Source: an uncultured Verrucomicrobiae bacterium
Lineage (GTDB): Bacteria > Verrucomicrobiota > Verrucomicrobiia > Limisphaerales > JAFGQR01
Assembly: GCA_963788655.1 (NCBI GenBank)
Contig: CAWBHS010000075.1
Span: 1 to 64,000 of the forward strand
Length of the DNA stretch: 64,000 nucleotides
Direction of reading: 5' to 3'
This document shows, piece by piece, positions 9,672 through 19,597 of the stretch; position 1 is the stretch's first letter; each line of letters begins with the position of its first letter. The notes beneath the pieces were generated by a model. The model worked only from the letters and a program-made list of their open reading frames with translations. It was not told where the DNA came from and searched no databases. Made by a program: the position numbers and the translations under genes.

Positions 9672-10391
9672 TCATTGCAGAATCCAGGCCAGCAACGGGG
9701 CAAAGGCCAAACTGGGCAGGTAATCGGTTAATTCGATCTTCTTCACTTCCCAAATTACCAGGGCAACGGTAAAGACCAGCAGTCCACCGGTGGCATTGAT
9801 GGCGTCCAGCAAGGGCGGCGGCAACAAGGGTAGCAGCCACAATTGGCTTAACAATGAAATCGTGCCCTGGCAGGCGATGACGGGAATCACCGAAAGCACC
9901 ACGCCGCCGCCGAACATCGAGACAAATGCCATTGCGGCCAGCGCGTCCATGACGGCCTTGATGCCCAGCGTGGGCCAATACCCGATCAGCCCATCCTGCA
10001 AGGCTCCGATGAGTCCGAGCGGTGCGACGCAGAACAGCACGGTGCAGGTCAGAAAACCATCACTGAACCGCTGACCGCTTCGGTTGGCCGCCGAGTTGAT
10101 GCGATCCTTGGCGAATTGTCCGAGCCGGTTGGAAAGTCGTTGCAAATGCAGCAGCCGGCCGGTGAGACGTCCGAGAATCAGCGCTACGAAAACGACGGTA
10201 AGCTGCTTCAAGATCAGCAGAAAACTGCCGCTCAGACTGCTCCAGGTCAGTTTGAGCCCGACAAACATCGTGAGGACCCCCAGGAAGAATTTCAGCGTTT
10301 GTTGGGTCGAGGCGGCCAGGGGCTTGCGGGAGGCCAATCCGATGACGCTTCCGATCAAGATTCCGGCGGCGTTGAGAATGGTGCCGATCAT
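9672..10391 (-). CDS. DUF554-family inner membrane protein
   Basis: MIGTILNAAGILIGSVIGL, GFLTCTVLFCVAPLGLIGALQDGL, KAVMD, YLPSL; about 240 aa, multi-pass hydrophobic. Confidence 0.88.
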   Translation of the reverse strand: MIGTILNAAGILIGSVIGLASRKPLAASTQQTLKFFLGVLTMFVGLKLTWSSLSGSFLLILKQLTVVFVALILGRLTGRLLHLQRLSNRLGQFAKDRINSAANRSGQRFSDGFLTCTVLFCVAPLGLIGALQDGLIGYWPTLGIKAVMDALAAMAFVSMFGGGVVLSVIPVIACQGTISLLSQLWLLPLLPPPLLDAINATGGLLVFTVALVIWEVKKIELTDYLPSLAFAPLLAWILQ

Positions 10392-10986
10392 GCGGTTTCT
10401 TTCTTGCGGATTAATCGGTCGCGGGGAATGGCCAGGGACCGACGAAGGCCCCCTCCCCCAGTTCCAATTCAAGGTCAAGCCGTTCGCCGCTGTCTAAATG
10501 GTCATTAGGCATCGCCCATTCTCTAATCATTCGTAATTGGTCATTCATCATTACCATGGTGTCCTGGCTGGGACAACTCTTGCAACGGCCCCCCCCAAAA
10601 AAACTGCCCGCTTTGAGAGGCTCGCTCGACGATCAGCGTGCCAGTAAATTCCGCGGGAGACAATCGGTTACTGACCGGTTGTGCGCTGCGACGCAACCCG
10701 CAACGCGCCCGGGAGTGCTGGCGGCGTGGCTGGACGGGCCTTGAAGCATGGCAGTCTTCACTGGTCAGATTTTGTTATGCCTACAACAAAAGATTTGTGT
10801 TGCGCTCATTGAATGAAATTTGATAAAGAATAAGAAAAGCTCGATAAGTTGGATGCAGTTCAGAGGCCCTGAAATAGGGAGATGCGTTATGATGCACCAA
10901 ATAGATGGCAAGCTCATTCTGACATCCTGCGATGGCGGGGTCCATTGCGCCTTTGAAACCAAGTCTGAGATTATGAAGGAGAAATA

Positions 10987-11669
10987 ATGAAAACCACAAT
11001 TAAACTACTATGCGCGGGCATTATTCTCGGCGGCACCATTGCTTTGCAAGCCGCCGGTGCTGATAGTCGGTCTTACGTTAAAATCGACGCGGGTGCCTCA
11101 TTGGTCCAAGACCTTAAGCTCAAGAACTCGGCCGAAGACATAGCCGAAATGCTGGGATACACCTATAAACAGGAGATCGAGTTTGATCTCGGTGTGCGCT
11201 TCGATGCTGCGGTTGGTTACCAATTCAACAAATCGTGGAGCTTAGAACTGGAGTCAGGTCATGATATATAATTCAGCGAGCAAAATGACGGAAGCTCGTC
11301 CGGTCCAGAGGGAACGATTGCATCAAGCGAAATGGATTTCGAATTGAGACTTTACCAGATTCCGGTCTTGGTGAATGTGGGTTACCAATTCCCCGTTGCA
11401 TTCCAAGATTAAGCCGTACGAGCATGCCATATCTCGGCGCTGGGGCAGGCGGCATCTACACCCTTAGCGGATAGCGCCATGAACCAGCGAGAGCGACTTC
11501 ACCTTTGCGTATCAAGGCACTGCAGGTGCTGTTTATGCCATCAATCAAAACATGGATATCGGAATTGGCTATAAGTTCTTAGGAACACTGGACCATGATT
11601 TCTCCGGCTCCGAAGACAGATCCGATCCTGACGCACTCGCTCTTAGCGTCCTTCACTTTTCGGTTCTGA
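10987..11669 (+). pseudogene. Outer-membrane beta-barrel (opacity/OmpA-like) gene broken by several frameshifts
   Basis: Signal peptide MKTTIKLLCAGIILGGTIALQAAG, then YVKIDAG, GVRFDAAVGYQF, LELESG; downstream frames give LYQIPVLVNVGYQFP, YLGAGAGG, FTFAYQGTAGAVYAINQNMDIGIGYKFLGT and terminal LASFTFRF-stop (C-terminal Phe). Confidence 0.8.
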
Positions 11670-11864
11670 GATAGAGTCAGCCGCGACAGCAGTCTTTATA
11701 AGAAGCTGGTATCCTCCTGCTGCCACCGGATCGATTACGACCGCTTGACTCAACAAGTCAAAAACCGCGGTCAGGGTCCGGTGGCTTTTTCTATGTTGAG
11801 GGGGCCGTTGGCCAGGTTGGGCCTGTCTGTCCGAGAGCGAAAGCTCATTCTTTGAAAATCAGCA

Positions 11865-11893
11865 TTGCAATTCGGTGCGAAACCCTGCATCTT
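11865..11893 (+). promoter_or_regulatory. Putative sigma70 promoter of tRNA-Pro
   Basis: TTGCAA (11865-11870), 17 bp, CATCTT (11888-11893), 14 nt before the tRNA. Confidence 0.55.
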
Positions 11894-11907
11894 AACCGCC
11901 TTCGGGT

Positions 11908-11985
11908 CGGGGCGTAGCGTAGCCTGGCTAGCGCGCTTGTTTCGGGTACAAGAGGTCGTGAGTTCGAATCTCACCGCCCCGACCA
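11908..11985 (+). tRNA. tRNA-Pro (anticodon CGG)
   Basis: Acceptor stem CGGGGCG/CGCCCCG, D-arm TAGCGTAGCCTGGCTAGCGC, anticodon stem CTTGT/ACAAG with loop TTCGGGT, T-loop GTTCGAATC, encoded CCA. Confidence 0.97.
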
Positions 11986-12026
11986 GTTTTCTTAAGGTTT
12001 TTCAAGAAATGGGTTGAATTCCTAAC

Positions 12027-12455
12027 ATGCTTGACCCCATGAGCAAGAAACGTCAGCAGGTTCCCATGGCGGTCAAACAGCGGTCGGTCATCGTCAAGTG
12101 TTACCAGGTCAGGAACAAGGCGCACCGCGTCAGGACCAAGGACAATTCGCTCCCGGAGCAGGAACGGTTCAGTTTCATGGTGTCCTTTTTCGCTGACGGG
12201 AAACGACAACAAAAGATGTTCGCTGAGTTCCCAGCCGCCAAAGCGGAGACCGACGCGAAAGCCATCGGTCTTTCGAGGGGTGAATTGGAGGTCCGGCATT
12301 TGCGCAGTAGTGATGCACGAGTTTACACCAACACCGTCCACCTCCTTGAGCCTACCGGCGTGGCCCTGGAACTGGCCGCCAAGGAATACGTCGCGGCCTG
12401 GCAGATCCTCGGCGGTAAGGCATCGATCATCGAAGCTGCGCGGGAGTTCGCCCGC
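12027..12455 (+). pseudogene. Truncated N-terminal part of a tRNA-linked tyrosine recombinase/integrase
   Basis: PMAVKQRSVIVKCY...VSFFADGKRQQKMF...GVALELAAKEY...SIIEAAREF resembles integrase N-termini recalled from Verrucomicrobia; lies 42 nt after the tRNA; no catalytic R-H-R-Y domain follows. Confidence 0.55.
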
Positions 12456-12765
12456 TCGAGTTCATTTTCTGCCGGCAATCTCACCCTGCCCCGGCAGAGC
12501 GAGTACGGCGCCGACTGTTTTCTGATCAAGACCGATGGCAACGGAACCGTGCTGTGGGCCCGGCAAGGCAGTGATGCCGCCGCCACCGCGATGGCGATCG
12601 ATGCCCAAGCCAATTGTTACCTGGCCGGATCCGCTCTCCCTGGGCTTTATGTGGAATGAGACATTTTCGATGGAAACGAGCCCCGATCTATCGGCATGGT
12701 CGCTCTCCACTTCTTCCGCGGCGCCCATCGGCGGCGACTACGTGGTGACAAACAGCATCACCGGG
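12456..12765 (+). pseudogene. Fragments of a secreted beta-propeller (SBBP-like) repeat protein and its C-terminal domain
   Basis: ADCFLIKTDGNGTVLWARQG...AMAIDAQANCYLAG, then in another frame TFSMETSPDLSAW...DYVVTNSITG. Confidence 0.5.
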
Positions 12766-12819
12766 TACCTGTGCAGTCCTATCGGTTGCGCAAGTGGGGT
12801 GCCGGTGTTGTGGAACGAA

Positions 12820-13398
12820 GGCTTGTGCTTCCCTCGGTGAACCACGTGTGCTGACGCAGCAACTGTTCAAGAATCGCCATTCGTTGCACGTGCCGGTCCA
12901 ATCCGGGCACCGGCGGACGGCTGATGTGCAACAGGCCGCTGCCGTCATTGTGTAGTTCCAGAGCCAGGGGGGGTTCTGGCCGGCCCGGATCATTTTCTCC
13001 AGCCACTGCTCCAACGCATGATTCTCCGGCGCCAACGGCGGGTCGGCAGGTTGGTCCCAGTTGCGATTGAGATCCTTGCCTTGAAGGTTGAAGCGCGTCA
13101 TTCCGCGGGCCACGCCGTCCTTGTTGGCCATCGGCAGGAGGTAAACGCAATAGCGCTGGAGGAACTTCTTCGCGTCGGCTTCGGCGGGTGGATTCGGAAA
13201 TGCACTTCCAAGATCAGCCAAAGTGGCTGGTTCACCTGCAGTCCGGATGGCCGCCAGCCTTTGCTCGACCTTCGCACGCAGCCTTTGCTCCTCTCGATCA
13301 ATCTTGAACTTTATCCCGAGTGCTGCAGTTAGAAACAATACGACCAAGCCCGCAGCGAGCATTGCGATCTGGAGGAGGCGCCGGTTGCGACAGTTCAT
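12820..13398 (-). pseudogene. Chimeric relic: membrane-anchored hypothetical N-terminus fused in frame to an M14 zinc-carboxypeptidase fragment
   Basis: MNCRNRRLLQIAMLAAGLVVLFLTAALG...LAAIRTAGEPATLADL, then abruptly LLPMANKDGVARGMTRFNLQGKDLNRNW...PEN and (shifted frame) LALELHNDG, which match M14 motifs; the N-terminal HxxE zinc ligands are missing. Confidence 0.6.
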
Positions 13399-13436
13399 TG
13401 CATGATTAAAAGGAAACGAGTTCTGAAGGATTCTAC

Positions 13437-16400
13437 CTATTCTCTCGCCCACTGCAACCATCCTTGTGGGGCGCCTTTGTTCCCGGCCTCGGTGGAAAAT
13501 GGCCGACTCCATTTTACAGTGCCGTCGGCGTAGAGGATGTTCACCCCGCGCCGGTGGCCGCAATACCCGTTGTTGACCATCCAATCGTGCGCGCCCACGA
13601 AGTCCATCAGCAGCCAGGTGTTTGCAGGATCTTCGATGTCGGCGAGCCGTTCGCCATTGAGCTGTTGGTTCCAGACATAATTCAACCCGAAACCTTGCAG
13701 GTCCGGGCTGCAGGTGGGGCACGTGAACAGTGCCGGTGAGTTGGTTCCAAGCAGCACACAAATGCTATCGGGGCTCGTCAAGGGTTGCTCTGGGAAAAAC
13801 GCGGCCTTGGGCACCTGGCCGTGCTTGGCGTCGTACGCCTTGATGAGTTCGAACAAATTCTTAAGGTTGGAGGCGCACTCGGCCTGGCGGGTTTCGCTCT
13901 GGATGTCGTGCGCGTAGCAATACACCGGTTGCGAAACCATAACTTTCAGAGCCAGCACGTCATGGAACAGGGGTGGCAATTGTGCCGATGAATCAGGCTT
14001 CCAGTCTTTTGGCTGCCACGCGGGGAGACTGCGTTCGTTGCGTCCGTCGGCCAACGCGGGTGGCTCGCTATTTCCTTTTTTTGGGCCACTCAGCTTGTTG
14101 CCCTGAAGCAGCGTTTGCGCGCCCCGGTCCGCAATCGGGTCATCCACCTGATCAAATTCATTGCGAAGGAGAAATGTCTTGCGGGCGGTTTCGCTGATGC
14201 TGATGCCGTTGTAGGTCGAAGCGAGAAAATTCTCGGCGACGATCGTGTGCGAGGTGCCGGCGCGTCCACGGCCGCCGCCAATGCTGATGCCGGCCCCTGC
14301 GGTCGGTCGAACGAAGTTGAAGCCGGTGCGCCACTGGTGCGGTGAGCGGATGCGATTGCGGACCACATAATTGCCAAAGTTCGGGTATCCCACGTGCGCG
14401 TTGTCCGGATGCGCTCCCGGTGTGCCGAGCCAGAGGGCGGTGCCGTCCATCCAGCCATTCTGGAAAATGTTGTACCAGGCGGGGAAGAACTTGCTCAAGC
14501 CCTGGCCCATGCCCCGGTCATTCACCGCACTGGCATCTTCGCCCCAGAGATCAATGCCCTTGGCATGATCGTCGCGGTGCATGTCCACCTGGTTGGCGAT
14601 GCAATCCAGCCAGAGTGACATCCGGCAGGGCGTGTTGTTCAGGTTGGCGAAGAAGGCGTTCTCGACGAACTGCGGCGCCACCAGGAACTCGCTGGTGGCA
14701 TCCGGGACGACATTCCAATCCGGTTCGACTGTCAGCCCTGTGGCGCTGTTGTCGTTGACCCGCCGATACTGGCCAAAGCCTCGGCCGGAAATGATGAGCA
14801 CGGTTGCGTCGCGGTGAAAGCCCGGCTTCCAGTTCTGTTTCGTATCCGTGAGCGTCGTTGCCGATCCCTCGGTGGCGAAGCTGACCGTCTTGGGCGCTTC
14901 CACGCCTCCATGCACGAGGTAGATTTCCTCGGCGTTCTCCCAGTACTCGCGAAAGGCCTGGTGAATTTCGTTGAACCGAACGTAATTGTGCCGGCCCATG
15001 CCCATCACGATGCGGCCGGGGGTGTCGGTCAGGATGTTCGCATCAATCAGGCTTTGGCTGAAAGAACCGTTGATCGTCACCACGTCATTGACCGCGCCGC
15101 CGTGAAAGGTGTTGCCGATAATCTCGATGCGGACTGCCGTTCCGACACCGCCAATGCCCCAATTGGCTGCCCCGTAAATGTCGTTGTTCAACAGCTTCAC
15201 CCGGCGAGCGGACGGACCGGCGTGAAAAGCGGAAAGGTAGAGCGGTCGCCGGGATAGGATGTCTTCTTCAAGCGCCCGCAAGCGGCAGTCGGCGATCGTG
15301 ACATCCCGCACTTCGCCGCCGATGGGGAAGCTCTTGTCATTAGGCACGGCCTCGACCAATCCATAGCCGCCGCTGCCTTGCCAAGTAGCCCCCTGGACGG
15401 TCAGCGACTCGAGGCCGGTGTCGCTCTGGAGTCGAAGCACCGATGTGGGAGGCTCGAGCTTGTGAAACCAAGCCACGCGCTCGGCGCCGGCGGGTGTGCC
15501 TGTTCCTTGAATCACGCTGTTCTCACGGTTCGCACCGCGCAGCCAAACGCGGGACGGAATCGTGAGGGTTCGGTCGGTTGAATAGGTTCCGGGAGGGAAG
15601 AAGACAATGCCATCGCCATTCTTTTCGGCGGCGGTGATGGCCGCTTCCATTGCAGCCCGGTCGTTGGCCAGGCCATCGCCGGTCGCGCCGTACTGCCGCA
15701 CATTGAAAAGCTTGGGCTCCGGCGGAGGAGGCACAATTTCCAAATCACCGGCTTTTTGCCAACCCCAAGGACCGCCGTAAGAATTGTGACACCAGACCTC
15801 ATAGGATCCGGGAGCGGCATCCGCTGGGATCTCGAAATAGATCAGGCGTTTGTCCGCCGTGCGCAAGGCGCGGGCTTCGACAATTGTGCGCGGAAACAAA
15901 GTCGTCGTGCCGTTCCTCAGGGTCAATTCCGAGCGGCGATATTCCGCGCGCAATCCAAAACCAAAGATATATACCAAAGCACCTGGCACAGCTTTCTCTG
16001 CGCTGACCCAGAGCGGTTTCGCAACGTTGATCAAATACGGTTTTGAGCAGCCTTCCGCTGTCTTCACCCAAAGCACGGAACCTTGCAGCGGGGCGACGAT
16101 GACTTGCCGTTCGATGTCAAGAATGTTGATTCGCCGGGCGCCTTCGGGTGGAAGCTCTGGAAGTTTTTGAACGGGTTGGCCAAGCTGTGCTGCGAAATCC
16201 CGGACTGAGCCATTGGACTTGCGGTTCCCAGCACCAGACTTCGGTTTGTTTTGAAGCGAAATGCTCGCCGGTCACGATATGGGGTCCGATACCGGGGAAA
16301 TCCGGATAGACATTGCCAATCTGAGGCGGCACCTCACCAAACATCGTGGTGGTAGCCAGCCACAATCCCAATGCGCGGAGAACCGACGGCAGCCATGGTC

Positions 16401-16446
16401 GTGACTTTGAGTTTAGGCTCATCGTGCAACGTGTTGAACTTTTCAT
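13437..16446 (-). CDS. Secreted pectate-lyase-superfamily beta-helix protein with C-terminal DUF1559-like/H-X9-DG domain; frameshift near 16200
   Basis: Signal peptide in ORF 16117..16446 joins ORF 13437..16076; FNVRQYGATGDGLANDRAA...GIVFFPPGTY (Pectate_lyase_3-type N-terminus); C-terminal ECASNLKNL...GHRRGVNILYADG. Confidence 0.75.
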
Positions 16447-16797
16447 GTTGGTTCTCTATCAGAACTGCGCTGGATCGGCCACGCCCAGTTGCCGTTTTTC
16501 GGAATTTGAATCGACGAACCACGCACTGGCGGCATCCGAGTTTCGCCGGCACCTCGCCGATGATGTTAACCAGCGGACTGGTGTTCCAGACATTCATTTT
16601 CATTTCAGCACATTCGCGTATTTCTCCTGGCCAGAGAGAATGAACGTTTCGGCTCCGGCAATGCGCCGCTGCACGCAGGAAGGATCAGCAGCCGAGCCGG
16701 ACGGGTTCGTAAGCACCAAGTCCCAGGCGGCCGACCGGGGCAGCGATCTTAAATCCTCGACGCGGAGTTCACCATCCTGCACCGTAGGCGGCACATC

Positions 16798-16971
16798 ATG
16801 AAACGCCACCTCGTTCCAACGCTCTTGCTGCTCTCGGCAATCCTCATCCTGCCCTTGGGCATCGAACCGTCGCGCGCCGACAGTCTGGGCGTCGCGCTCG
16901 TCACCCGCGGTGGCAGCGTGAATGTGCGGTCGCTGGATGCGTGGGATATCAGTCCCGTCAACTCCTGGTGA
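16798..16971 (+). pseudogene. 57-aa collapsed gene: signal peptide joined to a GH32 C-terminus-like tail
   Basis: MKRHLVPTLLLLSAILILPLGIEPSRADSLGVALVTRGGSVNVRSLDAWDISPVNSW-stop (below the ORF-track size cutoff). Confidence 0.5.
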
Positions 16972-17006
16972 GCGCGTTCCCATTGAAATCTCCATCAGGT
17001 AGACCG

Positions 17007-19382
17007 ATGAAATTCCGCCTCGCTCAATGGAAAATTCGCGCCTCGGTTTTGGCCGCGGCCCTGTTCACATTCTGGATCGTGCCGAAGTTCGCTTTGGCGG
17101 AATCCTCGATCCTGGGTCAGTGTAGTTTTAGCGATCTGAACCCGAGTGACGGTATTCAACTCGGCAAGGGTCCCGAGGAACTCGGACTGGCTGAGCCGTT
17201 TATTCGCTTTACCGACGATGATCAGCACGTCGATTTCGAACTCGGCTGCCATCCGAAGCAGCAGAATTATCTTACGGTGAAGGTCTGGGGAAGTTCCGGC
17301 TCCGCGGGAAGCGCACTGGTGTTGCACGACCCTGTGAATGGGGATGCTCCCTTTGACGCGATTGCACGGCAGGACGGACCCCTGAAGCCGAGCCACCATC
17401 CCCGCAAGGGTGAACTCGTCCGCCAAACGGAAGCGAAGGCCTTTCCCGGCCGTTTCTATTACGCCACCTATCCCATCCCGCTCAAGCTGACCCGGGCGCG
17501 TTCCACCGTGCGGCTTCGGCTTCTGTACAAAGGGCGGGCACCGGGACTCGACGTGTATCGCGCCTACACGCACCTTGACCCTTATTTTGAGCCGCCGACC
17601 GGAGAGATTCAGGGCCAGCCGTTCGAACTCGGTCCGCCGCGGGAAGGGAAAACGGTGTCGGCCGAGGATCGCTTCGAGCATTGGAAGGCGCAGGCCAACG
17701 CCGGCTTTCGCAAAGCCAGGGAGTTTCAAATGTTCGGAGAGCGGTGGGAAAAGGCGAAAGCGAAGAATGTCCCGTCATGGGCCAAGGGCGCGCTGCTGGG
17801 TCGGGGAAGTGGTTCGTTCACGCCGAGCGGTCCCTATGCGAAAGACTATAAAGTATTGAAGGAAGATATCAAACGCTGGGGCAGTCACTACATTCGTCAG
17901 GGAGATTCCCAGATGCTTGCCTTGCGATTCATCGAGGTGTTTGCGCACGCCTATTGTACCGAATGGTCGAATTACTACCACGATAGGGAGATGCTGGAAC
18001 GGATTGTCGCGGCATTCGATTTCTACAGCCGCGCCCAGGGCAACAGCGGTGGCTTCATGGGGCGTCCGCTGCCGGGCAAAGACGTGAATTGGCCGACCTG
18101 GCTGGGAGGTCCAAATCGCAGCGACTTCAGTCCCGGCCTTGAAGTCGGACAGCGATTTTTCTGGGATGGCTTCAGCATGGTGCTTCCGCATCTCGACCAG
18201 GGGGGATTGCTGGAACCATTCATTGACGACGATCTGGATCCCAGCACGCCCGAAGTCAGCCGACGCGAAGCCTATACCCGGATGGCGCACCGCAGTTTTG
18301 ATCTTTATTCCAAGCAGGTCGCGCAGTGTTCGATTGCCAATCAGATGATTCACAATTTTCTGGCGCTTAATGCCGTTTACAACGCCCTCAAGCACCTTGA
18401 TCCGGCGAGGGCGCAACCAGATGCCGAGCGGGTGAATGAAATGGCGGAGATCGCCGTGGGCATTCGCCGGAATCCCCTCTGGGACACCTATTCCTATTCG
18501 CCGGATGGAATGCCGCTGGAGGACGGGTACGACGCCAACTACGGCAAAGGTGGCTTGCAGTTGGTCAAGGTGGCGGAGTTGACGCGTTATCCTCAAATCG
18601 AGCAGAAGGCACGGACGGCTTTCGAGTCATACGCGCACTTCGTTTACCTGGACAATGATTCGGAGGGCTACCGGACACTCCGCAATACGGACTGGATTAG
18701 CGCGCGCATCATGAGGGGGTTTCCGGGGCTTGAACGCTATTTTCTTTCGAAGTATGCCGCCAAAGAGCTTCGGATACCGGCCGCGATTCGTTATTTCGAG
18801 CTTCGGGAAGAACATGGCCGCGCCCAGGACAAACTGGAGAGCCTTGACTTCAGATCGGTGGGCGGCCTGTGGGATCGGGTCATGTTGGCGGTGACCAAGG
18901 CCAATGACGCTCAGGATGACGTCGCCTCCCGCCTGCCATCCACTGATTACCGGTTGCCGGACGAACGTGAAGGAGACAGTGCGTTGGTGGATGAATACCT
19001 GGGCCTCGTAGCGTTGCGTCATGGGGACGCGAGACTGTTCGCGTCGCTGAACTGGGAAAGCCGGTTTGGCCGGGATTGGGCGAAAGGGACGGCGAACGGC
19101 GTGGTCCGTCTCGAATATACGACGCCCACCATCAACCGGCTGGTCACGGCCCTCTGCGTGGACACTCAAGGCGGGGCGTTGGGGCTTAACACGCTGCGCT
19201 ACGGTCCCTATTTCATGGTCATTAACGCCTCCGAGAAGCAGCGTTTTCATTACGAGATTCCAGAAGACATGCGGGGCAAAGCAGCGACCGACCTGCTGAC
19301 CAGTGAACCGGCCGATTTGATAAGTTCTGGCATCATTCCCCCGTCTTCCTCACGGATTTTCGTGCTCTCGAAAGTAGATTAG
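17007..19382 (+). CDS. Large secreted hypothetical protein, possibly carbohydrate-active (helical core)
   Basis: 791-aa open frame, signal peptide MKFRLAQWKIRASVLAAALFTFWIVPKFALA; Trp/Tyr/Asp-rich motifs such as LEDGYDANYG; no family recognised. Confidence 0.7.
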   Translation: MKFRLAQWKIRASVLAAALFTFWIVPKFALAESSILGQCSFSDLNPSDGIQLGKGPEELGLAEPFIRFTDDDQHVDFELGCHPKQQNYLTVKVWGSSGSAGSALVLHDPVNGDAPFDAIARQDGPLKPSHHPRKGELVRQTEAKAFPGRFYYATYPIPLKLTRARSTVRLRLLYKGRAPGLDVYRAYTHLDPYFEPPTGEIQGQPFELGPPREGKTVSAEDRFEHWKAQANAGFRKAREFQMFGERWEKAKAKNVPSWAKGALLGRGSGSFTPSGPYAKDYKVLKEDIKRWGSHYIRQGDSQMLALRFIEVFAHAYCTEWSNYYHDREMLERIVAAFDFYSRAQGNSGGFMGRPLPGKDVNWPTWLGGPNRSDFSPGLEVGQRFFWDGFSMVLPHLDQGGLLEPFIDDDLDPSTPEVSRREAYTRMAHRSFDLYSKQVAQCSIANQMIHNFLALNAVYNALKHLDPARAQPDAERVNEMAEIAVGIRRNPLWDTYSYSPDGMPLEDGYDANYGKGGLQLVKVAELTRYPQIEQKARTAFESYAHFVYLDNDSEGYRTLRNTDWISARIMRGFPGLERYFLSKYAAKELRIPAAIRYFELREEHGRAQDKLESLDFRSVGGLWDRVMLAVTKANDAQDDVASRLPSTDYRLPDEREGDSALVDEYLGLVALRHGDARLFASLNWESRFGRDWAKGTANGVVRLEYTTPTINRLVTALCVDTQGGALGLNTLRYGPYFMVINASEKQRFHYEIPEDMRGKAATDLLTSEPADLISSGIIPPSSSRIFVLSKVD

Positions 19383-19597
19383 CTTCCACGGCTGGTCATA
19401 CTAATGGGTGATCTTGATGACCGCGGGTCACGGGAACGCGCCGTCATATACCACGTCGCGCACACTGCCACGGGTCGCCATGGATAGGGAGTTCCACGGC
19501 CAGATGACCTTTGGCCTTGAACTCCCTGATCCACCGCTCAATCACGTAAAGGTGCGGGCAATAAGGGTTGGGTTGCTGCGAATGCTGCCGTTGTATT

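Noticed and set aside
8485..9978. ORF-track extended starts (9978, 7557, 31154, 37539, 43897, 46376, 54637, 58310)
   Set aside because: They overlap neighbouring genes or precede clear signal peptides; downstream starts were used.
10500..10980. ncRNA/riboswitch in the long, partly AT-rich intergenic region; C8/A7 run at 10589-10603 as a phase-variation tract
   Set aside because: No recognisable RNA motif; the homopolymers are short and not inside an identifiable promoter or CDS.
11722..11791. Rho-independent terminator after the OMP gene (GCCACCGGA...TCCGGTGGC + T run)
   Set aside because: Arms are ~45 nt apart and the nearer hairpin is imperfect; too uncertain to call.
16450..16795. Short ORFs between the divergent beta-helix and 791-aa genes
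   Set aside because: No recognisable domain or consistent start; may be further debris but unsupported.
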